This document shows positions 13,701 to 25,774 of a stretch of 64,000 nt of DNA, piece after piece. Within the stretch, counting starts at the first letter, position 1. The number at the start of each line of letters is the position of its first letter. Below the pieces are notes generated by a model. It worked only from the letters and a program-made list of their open reading frames with translations. It ran no database searches and was not told where the DNA came from. The stretch covers positions 77,996,001 to 78,060,000 of the forward strand of contig OX597821.1 in NCBI GenBank assembly GCA_951406725.2, read 5' to 3'. Both the position numbers and the translations under genes were made by a program. This DNA is from Octopus vulgaris. Lineage: Eukaryota.

Positions 13701-14469
13701 GTAATACTGAAGCCCAACTTAGTCCTATTATATGACTGTCCCTGCCAGCCCCGCCACCAAGTTGCTAAGTGTAACTATTAGTATTAATAACAACGATAAT
13801 CATCTTCATTTAATGTCCGTTGTCCATGCTGGCATGGGTTGGATGGTTTGACTGGGGCTGGTATGCTAGATGGCTGCACCAGACTCCTGTCTGATTTGGC
13901 ATGGATTTCTACAGCTGGATGCTCTTCCTAATGCCAACCACTACCAGAGTGTAATTGGTGCTTTTATGGTATCTACCATGACTGCAATTTTGCTTTGCTT
14001 GATAGGTCTTCTCAAGCACGACATAATGCCAAAGGTCTCGGTCATTGCCCCCAATAATAATAATAATAATCCTTTCTGCTATCGGCACAAAACCTGAAAT
14101 TTGGGCAAGTAGCCTAGTCAATAACACTGACCCCTGTGCTCAACAGGTACTAATTTCATCAACCCCGAAAGGATGAAAGGCAATATCAACCTTGGCGGAA
14201 TTTGAACTCAGAATGTAATGCTTGGCAGAATGCTAATGATTCTGCCACCTTTGGGAACCAATAGGTTTTGAGGGGAGGGGGAAGCCAGTTACACTGACCT
14301 CAGTATACTTGACTGGTATGTATTTTATCGACCCAGAAATGATGAAAGGCAAAGGTGACCGTTGTGGGATTTGAACATGGAACCTAAAGACGGATGGTAT
14401 ATCACTGAGCATTTTGTCCTGCATGCTAACCATTCTGTTAGCCCACTGCCTTCAATAATAATAACAATA

Positions 14470-15030
14470 TGCAGTACCAGACAGTGGCTCTCGTGGCTTC
14501 TGATCTTAGCTGATTGGAAGTGTTATGTACATTGTTTTGTCTTGGTATAAAAGATGGGCTATAACAAATGTTCTGCTCAATAGCACAGATTTGCCTGTCA
14601 GTTGTTTGACCATAACCAGTTGAGCATGTCCCTTAGTGGCTGACGATATGTACATCCCTGATAATGAGCAGAAGTAGTGGGGGAGCATCATAGCCATGTG
14701 TTGAGAGGGATACTTTGGGGTTTGAATAATTTACCTTTGGAAACATGGGTGGTTCGTTCAACATCCTTAAACAACCCTTATTCAGGGACCTTTTGAGAGG
14801 GATGGGTTACTTGACCAGAAGAAATTTCTACCTGGGCCCGACCTGCAATGTCATGTGCTGTTTATCTTGGTACGAGATCACCATGTCGTACACATATGGT
14901 TGTGATGCATGTGCTTGGTGTACCCTTATCAGATGGGTAGTCATGATGGGTATACCGGGCTTCGTATATTTTAACCCAGTGTCACTTTGATGGCATGCAC
15001 TGCTCTCTCACTCAATAATAATAATGATAA
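14470..15030 (+). mobile_element. Probable LINE 3' end flanked by (TAA)n
   Basis: ~550-bp non-simple block ending CTCTCACTCAATAATAATAAT and preceded by a TAA-like run; family not identified. Confidence 0.45.
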
Positions 15031-17223
15031 TAATAAAAGTAATAACAATAGGTTTAATTATTATTATGCAATTTACTCAACATTGAAAGGCAATGAGGAA
15101 ACTGAGCATGACTCTCAGCAAATATTTAGCATCACAATAAATTAGAAACAACAACAACCCAACCAATAACACCTATCTTAAGAACACAGGTGTGTACCTC
15201 CTCCTGTGAAAAACAGTTTCTTTATTTCTTATATGACAATAGAAAACCAGGCATGCAAAACATATTCACTGAAGTGTGTATGTGTGTGTGTATATATATA
15301 TATATATGTACGTGTGTGTGTGTATATAGATATATAAAATGATTATTAATGTAGACATAAAAAAAAAGAGAAAAAGGTCAATGTAGACAGCAAATCTAAT
15401 TGTCTGTTTACTTGTCTCTGTCAGCGTGGGTGTAGGTCTCATATTTTAAACTGTATGCATGTTAATATTAATAGTATGGGAATTCAGAGAAGCAAATAAA
15501 AAAAAATAATTGCAGTCTCATTAAATTATATTTTGCTTCATATTACATAACTTTTATTATTTCTTTGTGTTTTTTTTTATTTTTGGTTATTTTGCTTTTC
15601 ATTAAAATAGTTTGCACATTTATTCATCCCTTCATTTATTCGTTCATATTCCAAGAATAACTTGAAGGCATTTTGTGCGGTTAATATTATGAAAATCTGT
15701 TAGGCAATGAACTAAAGGAGTGCTACTGTGCCAGGGTAAAATGCTTTGCAACATTTCTTCCAACTTTACGTTTCAGGTTCAAATAGCACTGGGGTTGACT
15801 TTGCCTTTCCTCCCTTTGTCGTTGATAAAATATGTGTTTGTTGAACACTGGGGTTGATGGAATTGACCCACGCTCTTTCTCTAAAATGCTGGCCTTGTGC
15901 CAAAATTTGAAACTAATATAATAAAAATCTATAAGGCTGCAAACTGGCAGAGTTTGTTCGTATGGTGGGCATAAAGCTTAGTGGTATTTCATCCGCTTTT
16001 ATATTCTCAGTTCAAATTTTGCTGAAGTTGACTTTGCCTTTCATCCTTTTGGGGTTGATAAAGTACCAGTTGTGTACTGGGGTGGGGGTCACAGACATAG
16101 CTCCCCGTGCTGGTGGCACATAAAATGCACCATCCGAATGTGGTTGATGCACCCCCTCCTCGCCCTGACTGATTCCTGTGCCAGTAGTATGGCTGATGCC
16201 AGTGGCGCCAGACTGGCTCCTGTGCCGGTGGCACATTAAGAGCGCCCACTACACTCTCGGAGTGGTTGGTGTTACGAAGGGCATCCAGCTGTAGAAACAT
16301 TGCCTGATCAGATTGGAGCCTGGTGTGGCCTTCTGGCTTGCCAGTCCCCAGTCAAACTGTCCAACCCATGCCAGCATGGAAAGCAGATGTTAAACAACGA
16401 TGGTGATGATAATATCTCTGTGGTTATGAAGCTCATTTGGCAAGCATGTGGTTTTGGGTTCAATCCTACTCTGGTTCAGTTCTACTCCTCTGCTCCCTGG
16501 GCAAGTGCCTTCAGCTGACCAACATCTTGTGAGGGAATTTGGCAGACGGTAACAAGGTGGACGTCCATTTTGCATGTGTGTGTGTGTGTGTATTTGTGTG
16601 TTTGTTTTCACCACCACATAACTGATATTGGTTTGTATGTGTCCCTGTAACTTAGTAGTTCGCTGGTGGCATGTAAAAGGGTACCATTCAAGTGTGATTG
16701 TTACCAGCGTCGCCTTACTGGCACCTGTGCCAGTAGCATGTGTAAAAAGATTTGAGCGAGGTCATTGCCAGTACCGCCTGACTTGCCCCCGTGCCGGTGG
16801 CACGTATAAAGCACCCACTACACTCGTGGAGTGGTTGGCGTTCGGAAGGGCATTCAGCTGTAGAAACTCTGTCACATCAAGATTGAAGCCTGGTGCAGCC
16901 ATCTGGTTCACCAGCCCTGTCAAAATTGTCCGACCCATGCTAGCATGGAAAGCGGACGTCAAACGATGATAATGATGATGATGATGAAAAAACATCAGTA
17001 CTAGAGTTGATTTGTTCAACTAAATTTTTGAAAGATGGTGCTCCAGCATGGCTGCAGTCCATTGACTGAAACATGTCAAAGATAAAAGACGGCTATCTTT
17101 TCAATATAATCACTCGATTATTGTATTGCTGTTATTTAATCTCAATTAAACAAACCTTTGCTCAAAGGCATCCCAGCCATGACCATCTACCTGTCTTTTT
17201 GTGTATATAGACATTGTTTAATG

Positions 17224-17559
17224 CAGGGGTCAGCGAACTGGGGTAAAATGCCCCAAGTGAGGTAACATTGAAACTCTTGGGGGAAATGAGGTCTTATTGC
17301 ACATAAGTAAAATTATAAAAAGCGTGTTCTTTGTTTTCTATGATTTCCTTCCATTCAAATCAAGGAGTAATCATCATTTAACATCCGTTGTCCATGCTGG
17401 CATGGGTTGGATAGTTTTACCAGGGCTAGTAAGCTGGAAGGCTGCACCAGACTCTAGTCTGATTTTGGCATGGTTTCTATGGCTAGATGCCTTTCCTAAC
17501 AATGTTGGTGTAAATATATTTTGGAGTAATTGGTTAAAAAAAAAGTTCCCTGACCCCTG
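17224..17559 (+). mobile_element. hAT MITE with a nested RTE 3' fragment
   Basis: TIRs CAGGGGTCAGCGAAC / GTTCCCTGACCCCTG (14/15); 8-bp TSD GTTTAATG / GTCTAATG; inverted RTE tail at ~17370-17500. Confidence 0.85.
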
Positions 17560-17632
17560 GTCTAATGTGTCCTTCTTCTAACAATGCCAATATAGAGGCC
17601 ATCTAAGAGAATGGAACTTATATCTTTTTATA

Positions 17633-17886
17633 AACATTTAAACCGGTCATATCTGGCCCAAATATTCTTCCTGTTTGTGTTCAAAAATGGCCAGATCTGG
17701 CCCCCACACCTAGCCTAGCATGATACTCTAAAAATAGTGAGACCTACTCTACAGTGTCACTCTAAAAATAGTAAACAATCACCTCGTCAAAATCTGAAAG
17801 CTACAAGATAATGCATAATTAATTGAAAACAATATCAATAAAAGTGCATTGTGTTTGATGGAGTAATCTGAATGCTAAAGGGTTAA
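17633..17886 (+). mobile_element. TTAA-flanked MITE family 2 (piggyBac-like)
   Basis: Ends GAATGCTAAAGGGTTAA; related copies at ~19335-19557(-), 32665-32826, 38838-39030 and 52228-52428. Confidence 0.7.
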
Positions 17887-19055
17887 ACTTTAAATTTGAT
17901 GGAGAACTCATCATCATCATTGTTTAACATCTGATTTTCAAGCTGGCATGGGTTGGACAGTTTGACTGAGGACTGTTTGCTTGAATCAGATGGAATTTGT
18001 TGAATTAGTTTTCCTACAGCTGGATGCCTTTCCTGTCAGCAACCCTCACCTGTAATAATATCCAAGTTAGAAACAGTTATTGATAGAAGGTGGTTGGTGA
18101 GCAGAAATGTAAGAGAATTGGGAAAATGCCTTGTGGTATTCATTTTGGCACTTTACATTCATCATCATCATCATTTAATGTCTGTTTTTTCATGCTGGCA
18201 TGGGTTGGACATTCTGAGTTCAAATTCCACCAGGCCAACTTTCTAGTTTCATCCTTTCAAAGTTGATACAATAAAAAAGTACCAGTCAAGTAGTTAGAAT
18301 GATTTCATTGATTCTGCCCCCTCATAGATTTGTGACCTTGTGCCTATCTTTGAGTTTGCCAAAGGTTGTGTTCATTTAAAATCTAATGACTGTGCTATGG
18401 GTTACTTAGTTTTTATGGCTATTTTCCCATGCGAGCGAGTTTTACAAATCTTATTAAAGCGGCTTTTCTAAGGCTTAATTGTTTTCCAAGTACGGTATTT
18501 TGTTTCATTCCATTGGTCCTGAAACTATGGAGCTTTTTGCTGACCAGACACTGTAAACAAACACACTGCCTTTATTCAGATGGCGCTGACGAGGAGCTGT
18601 TGTATGTTATGCCCTGATGCATACATACACACATGATGCATGTATGGACATGAATATATGCACACATACACACATGCTTTTTTCAGTTTATCTCTATCAA
18701 TCCACTTATAAGGCATTGGTCAGCCTGAGGCTACCATAAGAAATTCTGCTCAGAGATTGAACCTGGAGCTACAGAGTAATGAAACGAAGTCTGGAGCCAC
18801 ACAACCATGCCTATAATTTTTTTCTTTTCTTCTAAGGTCCTCTATGTTTCCAGCAAAACTCCTAAAATCTTTCACCACTGGAAATTATTACAATTAAAAA
18901 TCCTCTTCCTGGTCACATTTTCCTTTTAAATGTCCCACCCATGCCAGCATGGAAGGTGGAATTTAAGCGATGATGATGATGTTATTTACAAGTATTCAAA
19001 TTTGAACATGAAGCAAATTAATGCACCATTCTATTAGGGCCTTTAAAAGCATTAA

Positions 19056-19276
19056 CCCTTTCGTTACCAACCCGGCTGAAGCCAGCTCTGGCTCAGTGGT
19101 ACAAATGTCTTGTTTTCATAATTTTTGAATTAAAATCTTCCACCAAATCTTAGTCACAATTTATGTTCCTAATACTAGCTTAATGATAACTAAGTTGTTT
19201 TACTAAATTCTTTGTTATATTTAAAGTAATTGAAAGAAACACAGATCATCTCAAAATAAATATGGTAACAAAAGGG
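19056..19276 (+). mobile_element. piggyBac-type MITE family 1
   Basis: TTAA on both sides; TIR CCCTTTCGTTACC / GGTAACAAAAGGG. Copies at 20044-20263, 38235-38456(-), ~46655-46870 and ~60857-61110(-). Confidence 0.85.
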
Positions 19277-20043
19277 TTAAGCACAGTTTGCTTTGCCTCT
19301 AACAATACCATAACAATATGGAGTTGATAACTATAAGTTCTTTAGCATTCAGATTATGCTATCAAATGTAATGCTTGTTTGTTGACATTGTCTTCAATTA
19401 ATCATGCATCATCGTGTAGCTTTGAGATTTCAATGATGTGATTGTATGTTTTTTGAATGATAAGGGAGGTGTGCGAGGTAAGAACTTGCCAGTTTGGACA
19501 CAGAAACAGATAGAATATTTGAGTTGGACATAGCTGGTTTAAATGCTAAATGGTTAAACTCCTTAGCATCCAGCTTTTTCTGGGAATGACATTGTAAAGG
19601 AAGTGTGAGAGAGTGGATCTGGCCAGTTGTGAACTTAAAACAGGTGGAATATTTAGGCTGGATATGGTTGTAAGGTTAAGCAAGTATTTTATATTCATAC
19701 TTAAATTTAGCGTTTCTTTTGTAAGCTGAAGTCAGCACCTGTTATTGAGTGAACATAACATATGTTGATTGTTGTACTGGACAGAGAGGAGACCTAATTT
19801 GAAGCTTGTTCTCCATTTTCTATTTGTGAAGGCCATTAACATTTGGGTTGGTAGTCAGTAGATCTGCTGTGATGACCTGCAACTTTTATTCGTGTTGCTA
19901 GCCACACTGGTGACACAAACTCACAGAAAGTATCTACATTTACAATTGTCACAGTCTACTTCATAATGGAAATAAATAATTCAAACTACTTGTTTGTTGT
20001 TGTTCAGTTAGGATTACCTCTTGAAAGAAAGAATCAAGTTTAA

Positions 20044-20263
20044 CCCTTTCATTACCAACCTGGCTGAAACCAGCTCTGGCTCTGAGTACAAATGTCTTGT
20101 TTCCATAAGTTTTGAATTAAAATCTTCCACCAAACCTTCGTCACAATTTATGTTCCTAACACTAGCTTAATGATAATTAAGTTATTTTACTAAATTATTT
20201 ATTATATTTAAAGTAATTGAAAGAAACACAGAGCATCTCAAAATAAATACAGTAACGAAAGAG
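20044..20263 (+). mobile_element. piggyBac-type MITE family 1, second copy
   Basis: TTAA-flanked and nearly identical to 19056-19276. Confidence 0.85.
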
Positions 20264-20759
20264 TTAAATTGTTGTGGGCCACTCTTTTCTATTCAGGACA
20301 GAAGAGGATTTTGTTTATGTGTGAATATATATATATTTTTTCGTATTGTTTAACTAAGAGGTTTATAGTAAGAGTACCACCTAGTGTTAACCATTCAATT
20401 ATGTTGGGAAAAGGTTGCTGCAAGTGAGCAAAACTGTGTCTCGCTCAAAGCATTGTTTAAATTTTTCACTATGGGAACAAGTCTACCATTTTAACCATGT
20501 TGAAATTTTTCTTCTTTGAATCACAAAATCTGTGGTTGTTTGTGTTAAACTGTTAGTGAGATGTTTATCTGTTACTAGCGGCAGTTTTTAGGGATTGTAC
20601 AAGGGTATGAGTAGGGATGTTTTCATCTGAAATGTCCTTGATCATTGGTCAGTTTGAGCAGGGTGCTGATCTGGAGATAAACAATGACATCACACCCACA
20701 CACACACACACGTGTGTGTATATATATATATCACCAAAATCAAAAATCAAAAAATCAAA

Positions 20760-21195
20760 ATCAAATTCGATGACTGGTGTCTGTGCTAGCGGGGTGCGAA
20801 GAACACCATATGAGTGTGATCATTGATAGAGTGGCTAACTGGCTTCCATGCCAGTGGCACTTAAAAGGAACCATTCGAGTGTGATCGTTGCCAGAGCGGC
20901 TAACTGGCCTCTATGCCAGTGGCACGTAAAAGACACCATTCGAGCGTGATTGTTACCAGCATCGCCTTACTGGCACCTGTGCCGGTGGCATGTGTAAACG
21001 ATTCAAGCGAGGCACGTAAAAGCACCTACTACACTCTTGGAGTGGTCGGCATTAGGAAGGGCATCCAGCTGTAGAAACTCTGCCAGATCAAGATTGAAGC
21101 CTGGTGCAGCCATCTGGTTCGCCAGCCCTCAGTCATTCGTCCAACCCATGCTAGCATGGAAAGCAGACGTTAAACAATGATGATGATGATGATCA
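20760..21195 (+). mobile_element. RTE 3' end with several tandem modules
   Basis: Repeated GCCAGTGGCACGTAAAA modules and the family terminus with (ATG)n; another copy follows at 21400-21838. Confidence 0.8.
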
Positions 21196-22342
21196 CCACT
21201 ATTTAATGAATGCTTTTCATGCTGGCAAGCATGGGTTGGACATTACAACAGAAGTTGGAGTGCTAGAGAACTGCACCAAGATCTACTGTCTGCTTTGGGA
21301 TGGCTGCCCTTAACTACCTTAGAGTATATCCCACATGCTTTTTATGTTTTACCAGCACCTGTGAGGACACCAAGTAATTCACAAGATCCTTATAATATAG
21401 CCAGTCCACTTATGCATACCTTTCCTTCTAGGGACACAAAACTCTGCTTGTGAAGACCTGTTGAGGCAAGTGAAGTCGAAATCGATCAAAAATCAATGGA
21501 AATTGCAGTTGTGATACCAGTGCCGGTGGCACGTAAAAGAACTATCCAAATGTGGCCGTTGCCAGTGCCACCTCGACTGGCTTCTGTGCCAGTGGCACGT
21601 AAAAAGCACCAACCGATCGTGTCCATTGCCAGCCTCGCCTGGCACCTGTGCTGGTGGCATGTAAAAAGCACCCACTACACTCATGGAGTGGTTGGCGTTA
21701 GGAAGGGCATCCAGCTGTAGAAACACTGCCAGATTAGACTGGAGCCTGGTGCAGCCTCCCATGGCTTACCAGACCCTGGTCGAACCGTTCAACCCATGCT
21801 AGCATGGAAAGCGGACGTTAAACAATGATGATGATGATATATATTATGTTTGACAGCTCAATAAAGAAGTGCCAATTTTTCAAAGTAGATGGAACACATG
21901 TGTTAAAGGGACACTCAGGAAGACCTCAGGATAACCTCAGGACACTGTACCTTCCAAACAAGATGACAAAGGGCTGAGATACCTGACACCTTGCTGTACT
22001 CAAAGACCCATACTACACAGCAAAGTGGTTGGCATTAGGAAGGGCATCTAGATGTAGAAATCATGCCAAACAAGACTGGGACTTGATGCAGCTCTTGTCA
22101 AGCTGTCCAACCTTTGCCAGCATCAGAAATGGACGTTAAACAATGATAGTGATGATGATGATATATATATATATATATATATATATATCTTTATTTTATG
22201 ATGTATTGTCAGTTAATTATGATCCTTTCGGGGTCGATAAATTAAGTACCAGTTACACACTGGGGTTGATGTAATCGACTTAATCTGTTTGTCTGTCCTT
22301 GTTTGTCCTATATGTTTAGCCCCTTGTGGGTAATAAAGAAAC

Positions 22343-22384
<42 letters not shown>

Positions 22385-23592
22385 TATAAATATATATATC
22401 TTTATTTTATGATGTATTGTCTGTTAGTTATGAATGAAGGTGAGAACCTAGGTAAACATGTCATTCATATATTGTTGAATGATGTGTAGGTGTGGGTAAG
22501 TGTTGACGAAGGCAGTGCAGATCAAGAAAATGAATAAAATGCTTGTTTCATGGACTGTAATAGCATTACGCATGCGTGTGCACACATCCGCACATTTTGT
22601 GTGACTGCAGTGTACATGTTTATATGCATGTGTGTATGTATGGTTTTCATTTGAATTCATTTTCTATGTTGTTATTTTGTGTTGGTCACAATGACATTGT
22701 TGTAATTACTAAGCGTTAACCAATCACTATGGGTAGAGGCATCCTTCTTTTCAAGACTGAATTTATAATGAAACCAGGATGTCTGTATGGTTGCAGTTTG
22801 TTCTCTTGTGCACTCAGTGGTAGTGAGCATTTTCTATGCAAGTTGGTATCTGTATGGCTTGTGTTGATCAACTGGAATCTCAGACCGTTGTTGCTCATGA
22901 GATTTTAATTGAGATTTTCATTTGTATATGAAGTATGGGTTGTCTTGGATGGGTTGATATGAAAAGAATTACAGGTTTCTGTGTGTGTGTGTGTGGGACA
23001 GGAAGACATAAACCTGTCATACATAACATTCTTTATTAAGTCTGTTATTTGTGAATGTCGCAAACACATTAATATTAGCTTTCGCTCACTTTATTTACCT
23101 GCTTACGTAACTATCAATTTACCTATCTTTTACCTATCTGCCTTTGTATATCTCTGTCTATTTAGCTGTCTGCATATATATTTTGTATAATGTCTGTCTA
23201 CACACACATACAGTCATCGTTATTTTGATGCCCACTTTTCTATGCTTGCATAGTTTATAGAGGTAGATTTTCTAAGGCTTCATGCTCATCCTGTCACCAA
23301 CCCTCACCTGGGAGTAATATTTCCCTATGGCCAGATGCTTTTGTTGAATATTGGAAATGAAATGCTTGTGTGACTGTGACGATCATTTTACAACCCTCAC
23401 ACAATATCAAAACGAGGAGACATGAACAAGCGGTGCCCCGGCATGGCCACAGCTCGTGAGCTGAAACAAGATGAAATAAAAAATAAATAAATAATGAAAT
23501 AAAGCATGCATGCATACATATATAAAACAATCATGATAATTTAATGTCCTCTTTTCCATGCTTGCATGGGTTGGATTGAGTTTACTTGCTGC

Positions 23593-23664
23593 ATGTGGCG
23601 TAGTAGTTAAGAGCGCAGGCTACTTACCCCAAGATTCCGAGTTCGATTCCAGGCAGTGACCTGA

Positions 23665-23702
<38 letters not shown>

Positions 23703-23860
23703 CATAATAATATCGAAAAATACCTTAGAAATGAGAACCCATGTTCGAAATTTCCCCCAGACACCTGATGAAGGCTGGAGGGTATATCAGCTGACACGTT
23801 ATGTTAACAACAAGCAAAATGAGGACAAATATCCGTCAAATGTAAATAATCTAAATAATA
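23593..23860 (+). mobile_element. tRNA-headed SINE carrying a hammerhead motif, with 10-bp TSD
   Basis: A box TGGCGTAGTAGTT, B box GTTCGATTCC, (AAT)n spacer, hammerhead at 23760-23805 and a (TGTAAATAA)-like tail. TACTTGCTGC is duplicated at 23583-23592 and 23861-23870. Confidence 0.75.
23760..23805 (+). ncRNA. Minimal type-I hammerhead motif, family 1 (core mutated GAA>GAC)
   Basis: GACAC-CTGATGA-A-GGCTG-loop-CAGCT-GAC-ACGT-T-ATGTT. Confidence 0.6.
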
Positions 23861-25581
23861 TACTTGCTGCTGGTTTTCTATGGCCAGGTGTCCTTCTTGT
23901 CACCAACCTCATCCATTTCCAAGCAAAACATGTTCTCTCAGAGTATTAGAAATGACTGAGACTGCTTGTTTTACATCTATATCTTGAAATGCCAATACAA
24001 GGTAACACACACACACACACCATCATCACCATCATCATTTAACGTCCATGTTCCATGCTGGTGTGGGCTGCGTGGCTTGACTGGACGCAATTGGTCAAAG
24101 GACTGCATCATACTGCAATGCTGTCCTTGGCATGGTTCCTACGGCTTGATGCCCTTCCTAATGCCAACCACTTGACAGTGTGCCAGGGGTACCTTTTTTT
24201 GACAGTGTGCCAGGGTACCTTTTTTTTTCATGTCACCATCACTGTTGAGGTTATCATGCAGCTCACAAAACTACAAATTCCAAGGGATGTATTGTCAGTT
24301 TTATGCATGGAATTGAGGAGGAGATACAGTATAAGAGAAGAGAGTGGACAGAGGAGGCTCTTGTGTTAAAGTTGCATGTTTACTCATATCTTATAAAAGA
24401 GGGGAAGAATGATCAATAGAAGCTGTGAAAAGATAGATATTAGAGATGAGGTGTCCAGGTGGCCTGAGGCTTCTTTCAGTTTCATCATCATTTTACTTCT
24501 GTTTTCCATGCTGGCATGGGTTGGAGAGTTTGACAAGAGCTGGCAAGCTGCAAGGTTGCACCAGGCTCCCATTGTCTGTTTAGGCATGACTTCTATGGTT
24601 GGATGTACACAGAGTGTACTTGTTGCTCTCTACATGGCACCTGCATGGGTGCCTCTTTATGTGGAACCAGTGAGGGTGCCTATTTATGTGGCATCAGTGC
24701 GGGTGCTTTGGAAGCGACACCAGTGTGGGTGCAAATGCTTTTCATGTGGAAATATCCACTCACAAAGCTTAGGTTGACCTTGGGCTATAGTAGAAGACAC
24801 CCAAGGTACCATACAATGAAACTGAACCTGAAACCATGTGGTTGGAAAGCAAACCTCTCAACCTCACAGCCATGCCTGCATACAAATGTCTCTGAAATAC
24901 TCAACCACTTATTACCATAATCTCAAGTCTGGAGTTGCATTGATCTACAACTAAACTACCCATTGCCATTGCCGACAGAAGATTCATTAAATTTTATGTG
25001 TGTAAAAGAGAATTATTGAGCCTATAAAGAAGGAAACATTGGCGAGGGTGTGTGTGTGTATGTGTATGTATGTATGTTTATGTATGTATATGTGTGTATG
25101 TATGTATGTATATGTGTGTATGTATGTATGTATGTATGAGAGTGAGAACGACAAGCTACAATAATGAGAGAGAGAGAAGAGAGGAGGAATGAGAGAAGAG
25201 AGCCATAACCATAAGGTTCTAATAGAGTTAAACTCTTGTAAGAAAAGAGAAAAGAAGGAAAGAAAAATAAAAGCAATTATAGATAATATGAAATCATTAG
25301 TAGCTGGTAGCGATGTCGGTAATGGTTACAATGGTGATCTATTCTGACTGACGGAGAAGACATCACACAAATAAATTACCTTTCGAGTAGATAAAATAGG
25401 TTTCGGTAGAATGTGTGTGAAAGTGAAAGTAATCTTTTGGTGATCAGTATTTTTATATTTCAAATCTTGTCAGTCTTAAAATGGTTTTTATGGCACTTAG
25501 TATGTGACAAGTCTAAAATAAAAATCAATTCTCTTCTTGGACTTGTGATTCATCAGATGCTGGCGATGGGAGCCTCTACAT

Positions 25582-25774
25582 TAGCAGTTCTCAACTGCAG
25601 CTCCCAGAGCTGCATGTCGCCCTCGAGCATCTTTCTGGCAACCACTGATGGCCTTCTCTCTATAAATATAAATTTTTCTTCAATCGATTTATTTTACCCT
25701 TTTTTTGTTTCGACTCCCTAAAAAAATCCAGGGTTTAGATCTGGCCCAGATACGAAAAAAGTTGAGAACCACTG
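25582..25774. mobile_element. hAT-Charlie-type MITE
   Basis: TIRs TAGCAGTTCTCAACT / AGTTGAGAACCACTG (12/15, consistent with CpG decay of CAGCGGTTCTCAAC); flanks CTCTACAT / ATCTAAAT. Confidence 0.65.

Noticed and set aside
23590-23660. tRNA-like cloverleaf as a real tRNA gene
   Set aside because: Degenerate stems, no oligo-T terminator, and embedded in a TSD-flanked repeat; treated as a SINE head, like those at ~1050-1124 and 44336.
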